Position numbers and translations under genes: made by a program
Virus record (IMG/VR): IMGVR_UViG_3300014208_000095
Location: 1 to 33,848 of that record
Strand: one strand, 5' to 3'
Length of the DNA stretch: 33,848 nucleotides
From: a virus
Taxonomy: Duplodnaviria > Caudoviricetes
Shown here: positions 22,723 through 32,025 of the stretch, in pieces
Layout: every line of letters begins with the position of its first letter
Numbering within the stretch: position 1 is the stretch's first letter
Notes under the pieces: generated by a model
Told to the model about the DNA's origin: nothing
The model's input: the letters and a program-made list of their open reading frames with translations, nothing else
The model's database searches: none

Positions 22723-23256
22723 TTAAGTTACATCTTGGTCGATGCGATATACTGTTGCATAACATTCAATATCCAAAGTTCCTTTTGCTGCATTACCATC
22801 AATGACAACGAATCCTGAAGTATCCGCTGAAGCGGCAACTTTAATCGTATAAAGTTCCCCGCCATCAGTTCCACCTGTTGAGTTATAGTCAATCAATGTG
22901 GTATCGTTGATGATTCCGAGGATTTCTGAATCAGTATCAACTGATGCTAGTGTTTCACCTTTTCCTCTAATAAGACCTGCATGAGGTACTGGACAAGCAC
23001 AAACTGCTGTCTGAGCTACCAAAGTTCCTGTCTTATAAGGCAATGCACCTTTTAATGCTACACCACCAAGAGTATGTGTCCCCAAAACAACAGTATCGGC
23101 TGCTGCCAAAGTCCATACATTAGCCGAAGCCACACCTGAACCATCCATGGTTGCAGTTGAATGAATTGGCTCTCCTGCCTCAAAACGTGTTGCTGAAGCG
23201 GCAATTCTTCTTTTTCTGGTAAATGTAATACCATGAACTGATAAATCTGCTCTCAT
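22723..23256 (-). CDS. Putative capsid cement/decoration protein A, 177 aa
   Basis: Shares AASATRFEAGEP, GGVALKGA, CACPV.H.GLIRGK and TDGGELYTIK with 22170..22709. Confidence 0.6.
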   Translation of the reverse strand: MRADLSVHGITFTRKRRIAASATRFEAGEPIHSTATMDGSGVASANVWTLAAADTVVLGTHTLGGVALKGALPYKTGTLVAQTAVCACPVPHAGLIRGKGETLASVDTDSEILGIINDTTLIDYNSTGGTDGGELYTIKVAASADTSGFVVIDGNAAKGTLDIECYATVYRIDQDVT

Positions 23257-23319
23257 ATTTTCATAATATTAAACAATCCCCGCTAAATATGATTACGGGC
23301 AAAAGTCATGAGTAAAAGC

Positions 23320-23367
23320 AAAAAACCATACCTATGTTAATAGGTACAGTCTTATTTTTCTAAGACT
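23320..23367 (-). terminator. Two tandem hairpins with U-tract after the scaffold gene
   Basis: AGUCUUA/UAAGACU then UACCUAU/AUAGGUA followed by UGGUUUUUU. Confidence 0.45.
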
Positions 23368-23370
23368 TGT

Positions 23371-24111
23371 TTAAGCCTTTACAAGGGAAGTTGCACCTGT
23401 TTTTTGGTCTTTAACTAATAGTTGTCCGTTAGAAAGTTTCTTTTCATAACGTCTACTAGTTGTATTCCATTTAAAACCAACACGTGCCATTTCTGAAGCT
23501 AGATCAGCAGCCACTTTTGGTTGCGTTGTTGGAGCATCGTGGTGAGAAGTTGTGTTTCTTGACACACCTTCCTTACCTTTTAATGCCCTAAGAGCTTCAT
23601 TGCGTTCGCCAACAAGTTTTTTTGAAAACATGCCAGCGTAACACTCTTCCATTTGTTCCTCTAAAGAGAGATGAGAAGGAAAACTGCGATTTTTAAATCG
23701 TTCGACAAGCAATTCTTTTTCTACATCATTTGAAGTAAGGTCTCCAGCAATTTGTGCAATCCGTTCAGACTGCAACTCTTTGCGAGTAGCCTCACGTTCT
23801 TTTGATAAGATAGCTTGAAGTGAAGAAGCAGTTAGAGGTTTTTCGTCCTCTTCAACTTCTTCATTTTCTTCTTCTTGCTTGCGTTTCTTCTCCCGCAATT
23901 TGAAAGCATTTTCGGCTGCTGCCTCTTCTGCTTTCTTTCGTGCGGTGCGTTCTCTTTCAAGTTCGGCTTTAAGTTGTGCAGAGTCATCTTCTGTGCCGTC
24001 ATTGGCTTCAGAATCTGATTGTTCATCTGTTGCGTCAGATTTGGCTTTTGCCTCATCTTCTGCTTGTTTAGCCTCCAGTGCGGCTTTTTCTTCGTCAGAC
24101 ATAGAAGTCAT
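23371..24111 (-). CDS. Capsid scaffolding protein, 246 aa
   Basis: Acidic disordered N-terminus and E/K coiled coils; upstream of the capsid genes. Confidence 0.7.
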   Translation of the reverse strand: MTSMSDEEKAALEAKQAEDEAKAKSDATDEQSDSEANDGTEDDSAQLKAELERERTARKKAEEAAAENAFKLREKKRKQEEENEEVEEDEKPLTASSLQAILSKEREATRKELQSERIAQIAGDLTSNDVEKELLVERFKNRSFPSHLSLEEQMEECYAGMFSKKLVGERNEALRALKGKEGVSRNTTSHHDAPTTQPKVAADLASEMARVGFKWNTTSRRYEKKLSNGQLLVKDQKTGATSLVKA

Positions 24112-24155
24112 CTAGTTTAGTGACGTGGTGGTCAATTAGCTCTTGTGAGCATCCC

Positions 24156-24509
24156 TTATAGGGTAATTTGATTTAATCTTGTTTCGATACTATCCAGTGT
24201 ATAAAGCCATAATTTCCCTGCTATCAAATCTTGTTCTGTTTTAGATTTCTCGAACATTATTTGATTGGCTCGATATTGAATATCTTTTTTAAGCTCTTTC
24301 CATAAGCGACTCTCTACTAAAACCTTAGCTTCAGCTTGTAATAATCTTTTTGTTACATCATTTATTTCTTTCCCACCTATAGTCCAAACTCCATGCTCTA
24401 TTTTTAGAATATCATCAACTCCTATGGTGTTAAAAAGCTCTTTAACTGCTTCGGTAAGAACCTCGTCTTTTGTATATCCACCTAGTAATTTAATGATTCT
24501 ATTAAACAT
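24156..24509 (-). CDS. Hypothetical head-region protein, 117 aa
   Basis: Coupled ORF between portal and scaffold. Confidence 0.7.
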   Translation of the reverse strand: MFNRIIKLLGGYTKDEVLTEAVKELFNTIGVDDILKIEHGVWTIGGKEINDVTKRLLQAEAKVLVESRLWKELKKDIQYRANQIMFEKSKTEQDLIAGKLWLYTLDSIETRLNQITL

Positions 24510-24511
24510 AC

Positions 24512-24898
24512 TTATTTCTTTTTCTTAACTTTTTTAGCTTTTAATTCTTCTACCTTTTCCCGTGCTGTTTTTAGAGCTACAGCCTCTTCTTCAGTTACTT
24601 GAGTGAGATATCCGTCAATATTTTCCTCAAACTTCATATTGTATTCTTTCTGCGGAGTCCTTTTTGCAAAATCATAAAATGTTCCCATGCAGACTTTTAT
24701 ACCATCTTTGAGTACAAGACCGCCTAATCGGTCATACTCAGCAAGTAGTTTTGCTTCGTATGTATCTTTTTCCTCTTTAGTATGTTCTTCAGGCAAATCA
24801 CCAACTCCGCCTGTTAAAACACCACCACGAGTCATAGACCCATGCTTAGCACGTTCTATTTTTTCGTCATTTGCAAGTTCAAATTGTCCAATTCTCAT
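24512..24898 (-). CDS. Hypothetical head-region protein, 128 aa, Lys-rich tail
   Basis: ATGA overlap with the portal stop. Confidence 0.7.
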   Translation of the reverse strand: MRIGQFELANDEKIERAKHGSMTRGGVLTGGVGDLPEEHTKEEKDTYEAKLLAEYDRLGGLVLKDGIKVCMGTFYDFAKRTPQKEYNMKFEENIDGYLTQVTEEEAVALKTAREKVEELKAKKVKKKK

Positions 24899-26844
24899 AT
24901 AACTTGTTGATTAACGGCGCTAGAAGTCGCCTTATTTAAAATCTGGTTAGCTGCTTGATTATTTTGCTGTGGAAGCTGTGGAAGCCCTGGTATTTCCTGC
25001 ACATTTTCTTTCATCAATTCTTCTCCTTCACTATTGAAATATGAATATAATAGCTTGCGGGTTAGAGACTCCTGATCTACAAATGGATCTTGAGCTAATT
25101 GAGCCTTTAAAGCCATAAGAAGTGGTTGCATGAACTCATTACTTCTAGTAAACATCTCTTCAACATCAATCTTAGTAAGATAAGTAAACTTTGCAAATAA
25201 CTCTGGATTCACAAGACGAATTGATTTAGTCTGTTTAGGATACCCTACTTCTTCCAACAGTTTTAATCCTCTATTCATTTTTTCTTCTTCTGTCATTTCT
25301 AGCCCTATAAGACTTTCATCAAACTTAATAACTTGGTCTGCCATTTTATTGCCACTCTTCTTATTTTCAAGCATAAATGTCTTATACTTCATTTTCATGC
25401 GTCCTCCAGCTAATTCTTCGACCTGAGGTATCGTTATATGGTTAAGGGCGATATCTTTCATCAAATCTCCAAAATAAATCATTGATTCTGCTAAAGACTT
25501 CCCGATAGCTCCAATAGTCTTTTTGGCATTTGCCTGTGCCTGCGCCACATTGTATGCCTTCTGTGAGGCATCAGGGAGCTGTCCTGACAATGTTTCGTTA
25601 ACAGAGCTTTCATCAGCCGACTTCTTACGTTCACTCAAAGCATTAAAACCAGCTATAATATTACTTTGAGGAAGAAGGGGGCTTACCTTGGCATCAGCGT
25701 TTTCAAATGCAACAACCGCATTCGGGAATATAACGGAAGAATCTACTTTATCAATTCCACTAATCGCTACCGGCATTTCATTTTCAAGAATAGCACGGTT
25801 ATACACTATTTCACTCATTGCATCGATGGACATATTGTCCCAACCTAATATATTCATCATTGACTTGTAGAAGTAGAAATGATCACCTATACGGTTGTAC
25901 CCAAAAGGCACTAGATTGTATTTAGGATTTCCTTTGTTATCTCTATGCTTAATTGGATTTTTATTGACATCGCTATCACCAAGATAAATTCCGCTGACAA
26001 AAGGAATCTCCAAATCTTCCCGACGACATTTCCAAATCTCTTCAGCGCATAAGTGAGGATGGTCTTCGTCTTTTATATCATAAAATAACCCATCTTCATC
26101 ACTATAAATTGATTTCATTCCTTCCTTTACATAGCCCCAGTTCTCATGTTCACCATATTTAGCCTCTAATTCTTTGTATTCTGTATATCTACGTGGGATA
26201 ATGACACGTTGCTTTTGAATATTGCGTTCATACGCATTCGTGATAAGCACTTCAGTAGGTCCCCATATCGAAGCATTGAACCCAGAAAGAACACTATCAA
26301 TTACTTCTTTTACACTATATTTACCATCTTTTGTTGATTCTTTTATTTTTTGGTATACCTCACAATATTCAGCTCCAAGATATGTAACGGGATTGTACAT
26401 CATGCTAAATGCCATCTGTAAGAACGAAGATTGATAATTGGAGTTAGTTGGTTGTGCCATCCATTCAATGATATATCGCATCACTTCACTGAAATCTCTA
26501 TCAATTTCATCATTCTCGTTTTGTGCTACAAACAACGGAAGAAGATAATTCGCTGTGAGCTGAGCATGCATTGCTATTCCTTTCTTGCGGGCATAACTAT
26601 CTGTTCCTCTCCATTTCCATGATTCATTAGGATCTTCAATAGACGTGTCCACGTAGGCATTGAACATTCTTTGTCCTCTGTTCGTATCTTCAATAACACT
26701 TCGGTCGTTAAGTTCAACCCAAGGCTTTTGAAGAATCTCTACACCTATTTGGTAGTCATCTCGTGCTTGTTTAGTAATATCAATAACATCCTGTGAAGGC
26801 TGGTATGATGATATAGGCGTTTGTTTGGTTTTGTAACCTATCAT
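24895..26844 (-). CDS. Portal protein, 649 aa
   Basis: Directly follows TerL; size and Gln-rich C-terminus resemble P22-type portals. Confidence 0.8.
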   Translation of the reverse strand: MIGYKTKQTPISSYQPSQDVIDITKQARDDYQIGVEILQKPWVELNDRSVIEDTNRGQRMFNAYVDTSIEDPNESWKWRGTDSYARKKGIAMHAQLTANYLLPLFVAQNENDEIDRDFSEVMRYIIEWMAQPTNSNYQSSFLQMAFSMMYNPVTYLGAEYCEVYQKIKESTKDGKYSVKEVIDSVLSGFNASIWGPTEVLITNAYERNIQKQRVIIPRRYTEYKELEAKYGEHENWGYVKEGMKSIYSDEDGLFYDIKDEDHPHLCAEEIWKCRREDLEIPFVSGIYLGDSDVNKNPIKHRDNKGNPKYNLVPFGYNRIGDHFYFYKSMMNILGWDNMSIDAMSEIVYNRAILENEMPVAISGIDKVDSSVIFPNAVVAFENADAKVSPLLPQSNIIAGFNALSERKKSADESSVNETLSGQLPDASQKAYNVAQAQANAKKTIGAIGKSLAESMIYFGDLMKDIALNHITIPQVEELAGGRMKMKYKTFMLENKKSGNKMADQVIKFDESLIGLEMTEEEKMNRGLKLLEEVGYPKQTKSIRLVNPELFAKFTYLTKIDVEEMFTRSNEFMQPLLMALKAQLAQDPFVDQESLTRKLLYSYFNSEGEELMKENVQEIPGLPQLPQQNNQAANQILNKATSSAVNQQVI

Positions 26845-26846
26845 AG

Positions 26847-28085
26847 TTATTTAAATCTTCCTGACCATCCGTAATTTGAATGGGTACTTTGTCCGTGATA
26901 AATTGATTTTGGCTTGTGAATATGAACTCCTGAATTAGTTTTAATCGTTCCATTAAATCCGTATCGTATAGCGTCCATTGGATTACTCCATTCATGAATC
27001 GTATCGTCAGGAACTTTAATAAACTTTCCTGTCTTTTTATCTTGTGTCCACAGGTAATTTCTGTATGCTTTAATTGTCTTCAAGCTTCGCTTTGTAATGC
27101 TAATCTTTTGATCCTGTACAAATTGTATACCCTGCTCAACACTCCCTTGACCTTTCTGAGCACCAATAATCTTTACTCCGTTATCTTTAATCTCTTGAAT
27201 ACTTTTAGGCTCGGCACTATCAGCAATCACAAGCACTTGCTCAGGTAAATTCTTGATAAAATCCGCAATGCTTTTATTACTCAAACCTTTCTCATACAAC
27301 TGTTCATCAATAATGTATCCTCCGTTGTATTCGTAAATATCTTCTAATACGGTAGGGTCAACGCTATACCCAAAGTCTAATCCTCGTCTCCATAGTCGTG
27401 CTTCATGCGGTATCTCATCAATTTCTTGCCAATTCGTATAAATTCTACCTTCAACATTTCCTAATTTGCCTTCTCCATACACTGTCCACCACTGATTATT
27501 CCCACGTCTGCTCTCGATACTTTCTATAATTCGAGGGTCTAATACATTTAAGCAATCAAGATAAGTAAGTGTAATAAAATCATGGTCAACTCTATCTTTT
27601 ATCTCTGTGTAGTACCAAAACTCTGTTGATGGATTCCAGTCTAACCAAACATACTCTTTCGTTCTAACTTCTAGCTGATCGTAAATCTCATACGCAATGT
27701 TATTTGCTTCATTGATGAAAAGTACATCTCTTCTCGGACCATGAGCTTTACCCAACTTATCAATTGAAATGAACTTTATAATTGAACCTGTCTCAAACGT
27801 ATATACATGGTTGCTTTCATTCCATCTACTGTCATTCCAATATCCTCTATCTAGCAATATAAGTTTAAAGTCTCTCATTGCCCCATCTTTCAAGTGCGGA
27901 TAACTTTCCGACATTATGTCAATCTTCTTATTCTCACAACTCTGGGCGTAATCTATAAGCCAAACCAGAATACTTATCGTTTTACTTGCGCTCGTTCCAC
28001 CGCAGACTGCCTTAATTCTCTTTCGTAGGTTGAATATCCTCTGCGTCGCTAACGTGTCGCTGAATTGAAACTGTTGCTCCACCAT
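26847..28085 (-). CDS. terL: Terminase large subunit (PBSX/SPP1-like)
   Basis: GGTSASKT Walker A, LFINEAN Walker B, LDWNP, GLDFGYSVDPT, ADSAEPKSI, MDAIRY. Start at 28085 or 28109. Confidence 0.95.
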   Translation of the reverse strand: MVEQQFQFSDTLATQRIFNLRKRIKAVCGGTSASKTISILVWLIDYAQSCENKKIDIMSESYPHLKDGAMRDFKLILLDRGYWNDSRWNESNHVYTFETGSIIKFISIDKLGKAHGPRRDVLFINEANNIAYEIYDQLEVRTKEYVWLDWNPSTEFWYYTEIKDRVDHDFITLTYLDCLNVLDPRIIESIESRRGNNQWWTVYGEGKLGNVEGRIYTNWQEIDEIPHEARLWRRGLDFGYSVDPTVLEDIYEYNGGYIIDEQLYEKGLSNKSIADFIKNLPEQVLVIADSAEPKSIQEIKDNGVKIIGAQKGQGSVEQGIQFVQDQKISITKRSLKTIKAYRNYLWTQDKKTGKFIKVPDDTIHEWSNPMDAIRYGFNGTIKTNSGVHIHKPKSIYHGQSTHSNYGWSGRFK

Positions 28086-28533
28086 ATATAGGAATTGGTT
28101 TTCCACCACTTGTTACATCAACATTATTTTGTGCTTTTCCAAACGCCCTATCAAATAAACTATCTAATGCTTTATTATCTGGTCTTTCTGTAGTAATAAA
28201 GTAATACTCTTTATCCTTATCTTCTAATTCTCCAGCTAAATATTCTTCAATGGTTGCTTGGCATGTAACAAGTTCTGGTTTACTTCTTATACCTTTTTCG
28301 TTTGTTGTTATGCAATAGAGCATCTGAACACCTTGTGCTAAATTCATCTGGCTGTTAAGTAGTTGCTCAGCACTCTTAGCGATACGCTGCTTCATAGCCT
28401 CAATAACCTTTTCTCTTTCAATAGTCTCTGGATCTTTACTTCCTGCAGGTCTTCCAGCCCCAACTCTTTTCCCACCCCAACTTGAATTGTCATTCAAATT
28501 TTCAAGCCCTTCAGTTGTATTCTGTTCTGTCAT
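28012..28533 (-). CDS. Terminase small subunit, 173 aa
   Basis: WGGKRVGAGRPAGSK, DRAFGKA..NVDVTSGGKPI; overlaps the TerL start. Confidence 0.75.
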   Translation of the reverse strand: MTEQNTTEGLENLNDNSSWGGKRVGAGRPAGSKDPETIEREKVIEAMKQRIAKSAEQLLNSQMNLAQGVQMLYCITTNEKGIRSKPELVTCQATIEEYLAGELEDKDKEYYFITTERPDNKALDSLFDRAFGKAQNNVDVTSGGKPIPIYGGATVSIQRHVSDAEDIQPTKEN

Positions 28534-28546
28534 ATTTTTAGCTTAA

Positions 28547-28615
28547 TTAAGCCATTTTCATTTTACTATCCTTTATCATTTTACCATTAGGCATTTTATG
28601 CATACCTTCTTTCAT
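28547..28615 (-). CDS. 22-aa Met/Lys-rich peptide (HKMPNGKM)
   Basis: MKEGMHKMPNGKMIKDSKMKMA fills the GroEL-TerS gap. Confidence 0.4.
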   Translation of the reverse strand: MKEGMHKMPNGKMIKDSKMKMA

Positions 28616-28634
28616 CTTCTTACTAGAAGAATAC

Positions 28635-30395
28635 TTAGTCTCGATTAGTTAACTCGTATTCGTATTCGTTCATGCCACCTAATGAATCTCTGTAGGCTTC
28701 TACCTCTCCTGCTTTGATTTGTCCTTTATATATTTTATCGTTAACAACAAATTCTTTTATCATGCGAGCGATTTCAAATTCCCCCTCTCCCATAATAGGA
28801 TCTTCTTCTTCAGCCGTTATACTATCTACACAAATAAGGTTAGCTACAATCTGAGATGAATGTTCAACGGCGTAATAAATAGCTTCAGCAGGATCAATAA
28901 CATCTTCACCAATATCTATTCCTCCATCAATACTTGATTGAATTTGCTCATAAGGAGCTAAAAGAGTTGATTTTAATATATTGTCTTCTGATAGTCCTTC
29001 GGATATTTCTTTCAAACAGAGTCCTCCACCTTTCACATAGCCACCTCTTAAAGCTGCTTTACATGCGTATACAGCGTCTTCAATCTTCAATTTGGTATAA
29101 AGTGAATTAGCCTGGGTACTGTCTCCGACTCGTATAACTCCTACAGCAGAAGCCATTGAGGCGATACGTCGTCTAAGTAAATTCTTGAATTGTTCTTGAC
29201 GTGTTTCTTCTAACTGACTTTTTAAAACCTCAATACGTTCTTCTACCTGTGATTTTTGCTCTGCTATCACAGCATCCTTTTGTTCACTTACTTGTTTTAG
29301 TTGTTTTATATGAGTTCCACCACCGCCAGTTGCGATGGCATCTTCCTTATTTTCAGTGTCCTTCACAACCATTTTTTCAACAAATCCTAAATCTAATTCT
29401 GTAATGGATGAAAGACTATCTCCTTTGTTTTTATCGATAAATTTAGCTCCAAAATATATAGAAACATCTTCTAGTTGTTCAGTTCTAAGTGAAGGAATAA
29501 GCACAGGGAACAAATCATAGTTTCCTTTCGTTACAACTACCCCTCCATCTTTTCCAGATACTACATTAAAACTTGCTTTGTAAAGTTGATTTAAAACATC
29601 ATTTGAAAAACTTGGAGCCAAAATAGCTATCTTAGGATGCTTGTTTAACAAGGGGTTCAGAATATTTGCCAATTGTATTGAATTATCTAGTGCGTAATTT
29701 GTAACAATAACATCGCTATCTTTGATAATCATTTCAAACTTATCTGGCTTGTTTACAAACCCTTTCGCAGCTGTCTTAGCAGGAAAACGCATACCCTTAA
29801 TCACCTCGGTCTCAATTTCTCCCTTATACCCTTCAACAACATCAATAAATCCATCAACTCCAACTTCCCATGCCATCCCTGCAACAAGTTTACCTAGCTT
29901 TTCATCCTTTACTGAAATGGTAGCTATTTTCTCTAATTCTACTAAAGATTCAACTTTTTTCGCCATTTCTTTAATCTTTTCTTTAACTTTTTCAGCAGAT
30001 TCTAAAATTTTCCTCTTCAAAGCGACAACTCCAACCTTACCTCCTACTCCTATCGCACTAAAATTTTTATCTAAAATACCTGATACTTCATTAAAAAGTT
30101 TTCCTCCAAGAATTGCTGTACACGTAGTTCCATCTCCAACTTTTTCAACCGTTCGCTTGCAGCCCTCTCGAAAAGTCTGAGCAACCATTCTCACAAATTG
30201 GTCTTTTGGTTCTTGACACTCAGCAACTGTTACTCCATCATCCGTCATTCGGTTCCCTCTGTTCATTGTACGATATAATAATGCACTTCTTCCTTCAGGT
30301 CCAAACGTAGCTCTAACTGGTTCATATATGGCATTTACACCATTTTTTAGTGCTTCACGAGCTTTTTTACCTGATATTGTTCGAGTTGTTCGCAT
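28635..30395 (-). CDS. groEL: Phage-encoded GroEL-like chaperonin, 586 aa
   Basis: TFGPEGR, TDDGVTVA, VGDGTT, RRIASMASAVGVIRVG, KIEDAVYACKAA, GGG, VIDPA; no GGM tail. Confidence 0.92.
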   Translation of the reverse strand: MRTTRTISGKKAREALKNGVNAIYEPVRATFGPEGRSALLYRTMNRGNRMTDDGVTVAECQEPKDQFVRMVAQTFREGCKRTVEKVGDGTTCTAILGGKLFNEVSGILDKNFSAIGVGGKVGVVALKRKILESAEKVKEKIKEMAKKVESLVELEKIATISVKDEKLGKLVAGMAWEVGVDGFIDVVEGYKGEIETEVIKGMRFPAKTAAKGFVNKPDKFEMIIKDSDVIVTNYALDNSIQLANILNPLLNKHPKIAILAPSFSNDVLNQLYKASFNVVSGKDGGVVVTKGNYDLFPVLIPSLRTEQLEDVSIYFGAKFIDKNKGDSLSSITELDLGFVEKMVVKDTENKEDAIATGGGGTHIKQLKQVSEQKDAVIAEQKSQVEERIEVLKSQLEETRQEQFKNLLRRRIASMASAVGVIRVGDSTQANSLYTKLKIEDAVYACKAALRGGYVKGGGLCLKEISEGLSEDNILKSTLLAPYEQIQSSIDGGIDIGEDVIDPAEAIYYAVEHSSQIVANLICVDSITAEEEDPIMGEGEFEIARMIKEFVVNDKIYKGQIKAGEVEAYRDSLGGMNEYEYELTNRD

Positions 30396-30404
30396 AAAGA
30401 ATTT

Positions 30405-30494
30405 TTAAATCCAAATATAAACTGCTACCCCAAAGCATATAAAAGTAGCTACCCAGTATTTCCAATTCAGATCCTCTTCCATGTTCTCGTTCAT
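30405..30494 (-). CDS. 29-aa single-TM peptide
   Basis: MNENMEEDLNWKYWVATFICFGVAVYIWI; ATGA overlap with the upstream ORF, ends 9 nt before groEL. Confidence 0.5.
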   Translation of the reverse strand: MNENMEEDLNWKYWVATFICFGVAVYIWI

Positions 30495-30649
30495 AAAAAG
30501 TATTTACGAAGTTCACAATAGGACTGAAAACCATTTCTAAGCATGGATTTGACCCAATAAGGTACGTTCTCCCATTCTTGACGCATTTCATCTAGGGTCT
30601 TCTCACCCATTCCTTCAGGGGTTTTTACTTGAAACGTGATGTATTTCAT
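30491..30649 (-). CDS. Hypothetical protein, 52 aa
   Basis: Likely start MKYITFQVK; alternative start at 30679. Confidence 0.55.
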   Translation of the reverse strand: MKYITFQVKTPEGMGEKTLDEMRQEWENVPYWVKSMLRNGFQSYCELRKYFL

Positions 30650-30761
30650 ACTGTTAAGGAGACTTGCTCCTTCCGACATCCGATAAGGGATAAGTCGCTT
30701 AGTTTCTTTCTTTTAGATATGCCCTTCTGGGGCATGGGCAAGTAGCCTTAGCAATACAGAA

Positions 30762-31142
30762 TTATTTCCTTTTTGGTTTTAGTGCTGTCCAGCATTCACT
30801 GAATATGTACTCAAAATAGTAGGCTCTAACTTCAGTATTATCTATATCCGTTGGAATCCCAGTTTCTTGAAAGACAAAATCTACAAAGTGGTTCAATTCA
30901 TGAGTAAGGCAAGCCTGGTCTTCAATACGCCAATTAAACTTCGGGATAAAAACGTAGAAATAAGGATTGAAACACCAAATACAGATACCTTTGCAGTCCA
31001 AAATCATTTCTTTCAACTTACTGTCTTCTTTTGCTTTTTTATGATGTTTGCAAATCCACTCATAGAACTTCTTGGGGTCTTCATTCACGATAAGATGAAA
31101 GTTCTTGCGGTACACCTTGTCAATAATAGGGTAGAATTTCAT
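30762..31142 (-). CDS. HExxH zinc-metallopeptidase-like protein, 126 aa
   Basis: LTHELNH...EVRAY; start MKFYPII at ATG 31142. Confidence 0.65.
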   Translation of the reverse strand: MKFYPIIDKVYRKNFHLIVNEDPKKFYEWICKHHKKAKEDSKLKEMILDCKGICIWCFNPYFYVFIPKFNWRIEDQACLTHELNHFVDFVFQETGIPTDIDNTEVRAYYFEYIFSECWTALKPKRK

Positions 31143-31305
31143 ATTGTTTGTCTTTCTCCACCTATTCCGCTCCATAGGGGGAATGTCTTGTGTCGCCAAT
31201 CATGCATACTACATACAGAACAAAGCGGGGAAAGATAAACAAAAACATGCTAAAAACAGCATGCTAACACTTTGAACCACCTTTTTTAAATTTCATATGA
31301 GAAAT

Positions 31306-31329
31306 TAAAAACTGCCCGATTAAGGGCAG
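31306..31329 (-). terminator. Intrinsic terminator
   Basis: CUGCCC-UUAAUC-GGGCAG-UUUUU. Confidence 0.65.
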
Positions 31330-31392
31330 AAATCATCTCTCAAAAGATAGACAATAACGACAAAGCTATCCATTGAGAGGTAGTTTATACCC

Positions 31393-31713
31393 TCAAGGTG
31401 TCGTTATTGTATGAATTGTTGCCACTATTATACTACAGTTCTGATGGTCGTCAATTTTGTAATTTTTAGGCTCAACAAAGCTAATTTTTAGAAAGTTATC
31501 CACTTTTGCCTGTGTCTTATTTCTTAGACTTTCAATGTATTCTTTATGATACGCAATATAACACTCCAACGTACTCGTACTCCATTTATTTATCCTTCTC
31601 AATTTCTCCCTTGAGAGTTCTTTAGACCAGATCACCCAATAGGTTTTCTGTTCTATTTTACAATCCAAACAAGGATATGATTTAAAAAGTTCTCGTCCAC
31701 ATTGACAGGTCAT
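31393..31713 (-). CDS. Hypothetical protein with N-terminal Cys cluster, 106 aa
   Basis: CQCG...CLDC. Confidence 0.6.
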   Translation of the reverse strand: MTCQCGRELFKSYPCLDCKIEQKTYWVIWSKELSREKLRRINKWSTSTLECYIAYHKEYIESLRNKTQAKVDNFLKISFVEPKNYKIDDHQNCSIIVATIHTITTP

Positions 31714-31785
31714 AAGTTTATAGGTTAGGTAGGATGCAGGAAAATATCGTGTATCCTACTCAGCCCATAAGACTGAGTGAAAATA

Positions 31786-32025
31786 TTATTTCCAGGTGAT
31801 AGCTTTCACCGCCCACATCTGAGCTGTTTGAGCTTCTGTAATTGCGACAGAAAATAGTCTACCTTTCTCACCTTGCCCTGCGTCCAATCTCCCTTCGTTA
31901 CAAAGGTCGATGATTTGAGCATATAATGCTTTGACTTTATCCACCAAAGCATTACCCCCTGGATTAAACGTCAGACCGACTGCTTTCTCACCATAGGTGA
32001 GTTCACGTGTTTCTTGTCCTTCCAT
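31786..32025 (-). CDS. Acb2/Tad1-like helical-hairpin protein, 79 aa (candidate immune-signal sponge)
   Basis: GEKAVGLTFNP...RLFSVAITEAQTAQMWAVKAITW resembles the R..[SA].A.T..[EQ].A.MW hairpin of the Acb2/Tad1 family. Confidence 0.6.
   Translation of the reverse strand: MEGQETRELTYGEKAVGLTFNPGGNALVDKVKALYAQIIDLCNEGRLDAGQGEKGRLFSVAITEAQTAQMWAVKAITWK

Noticed and set aside
5202-30180. Plus-strand and nested ORFs inside large genes (e.g. 13665..14063, 15780..16391, 29722..30180)
   Set aside because: Antisense or alternate-frame shadows of well-supported minus-strand genes, with no motifs.
31143-31296. Possible small gene upstream of the HExxH ORF
   Set aside because: All frames are interrupted by stops; at most a decayed remnant.
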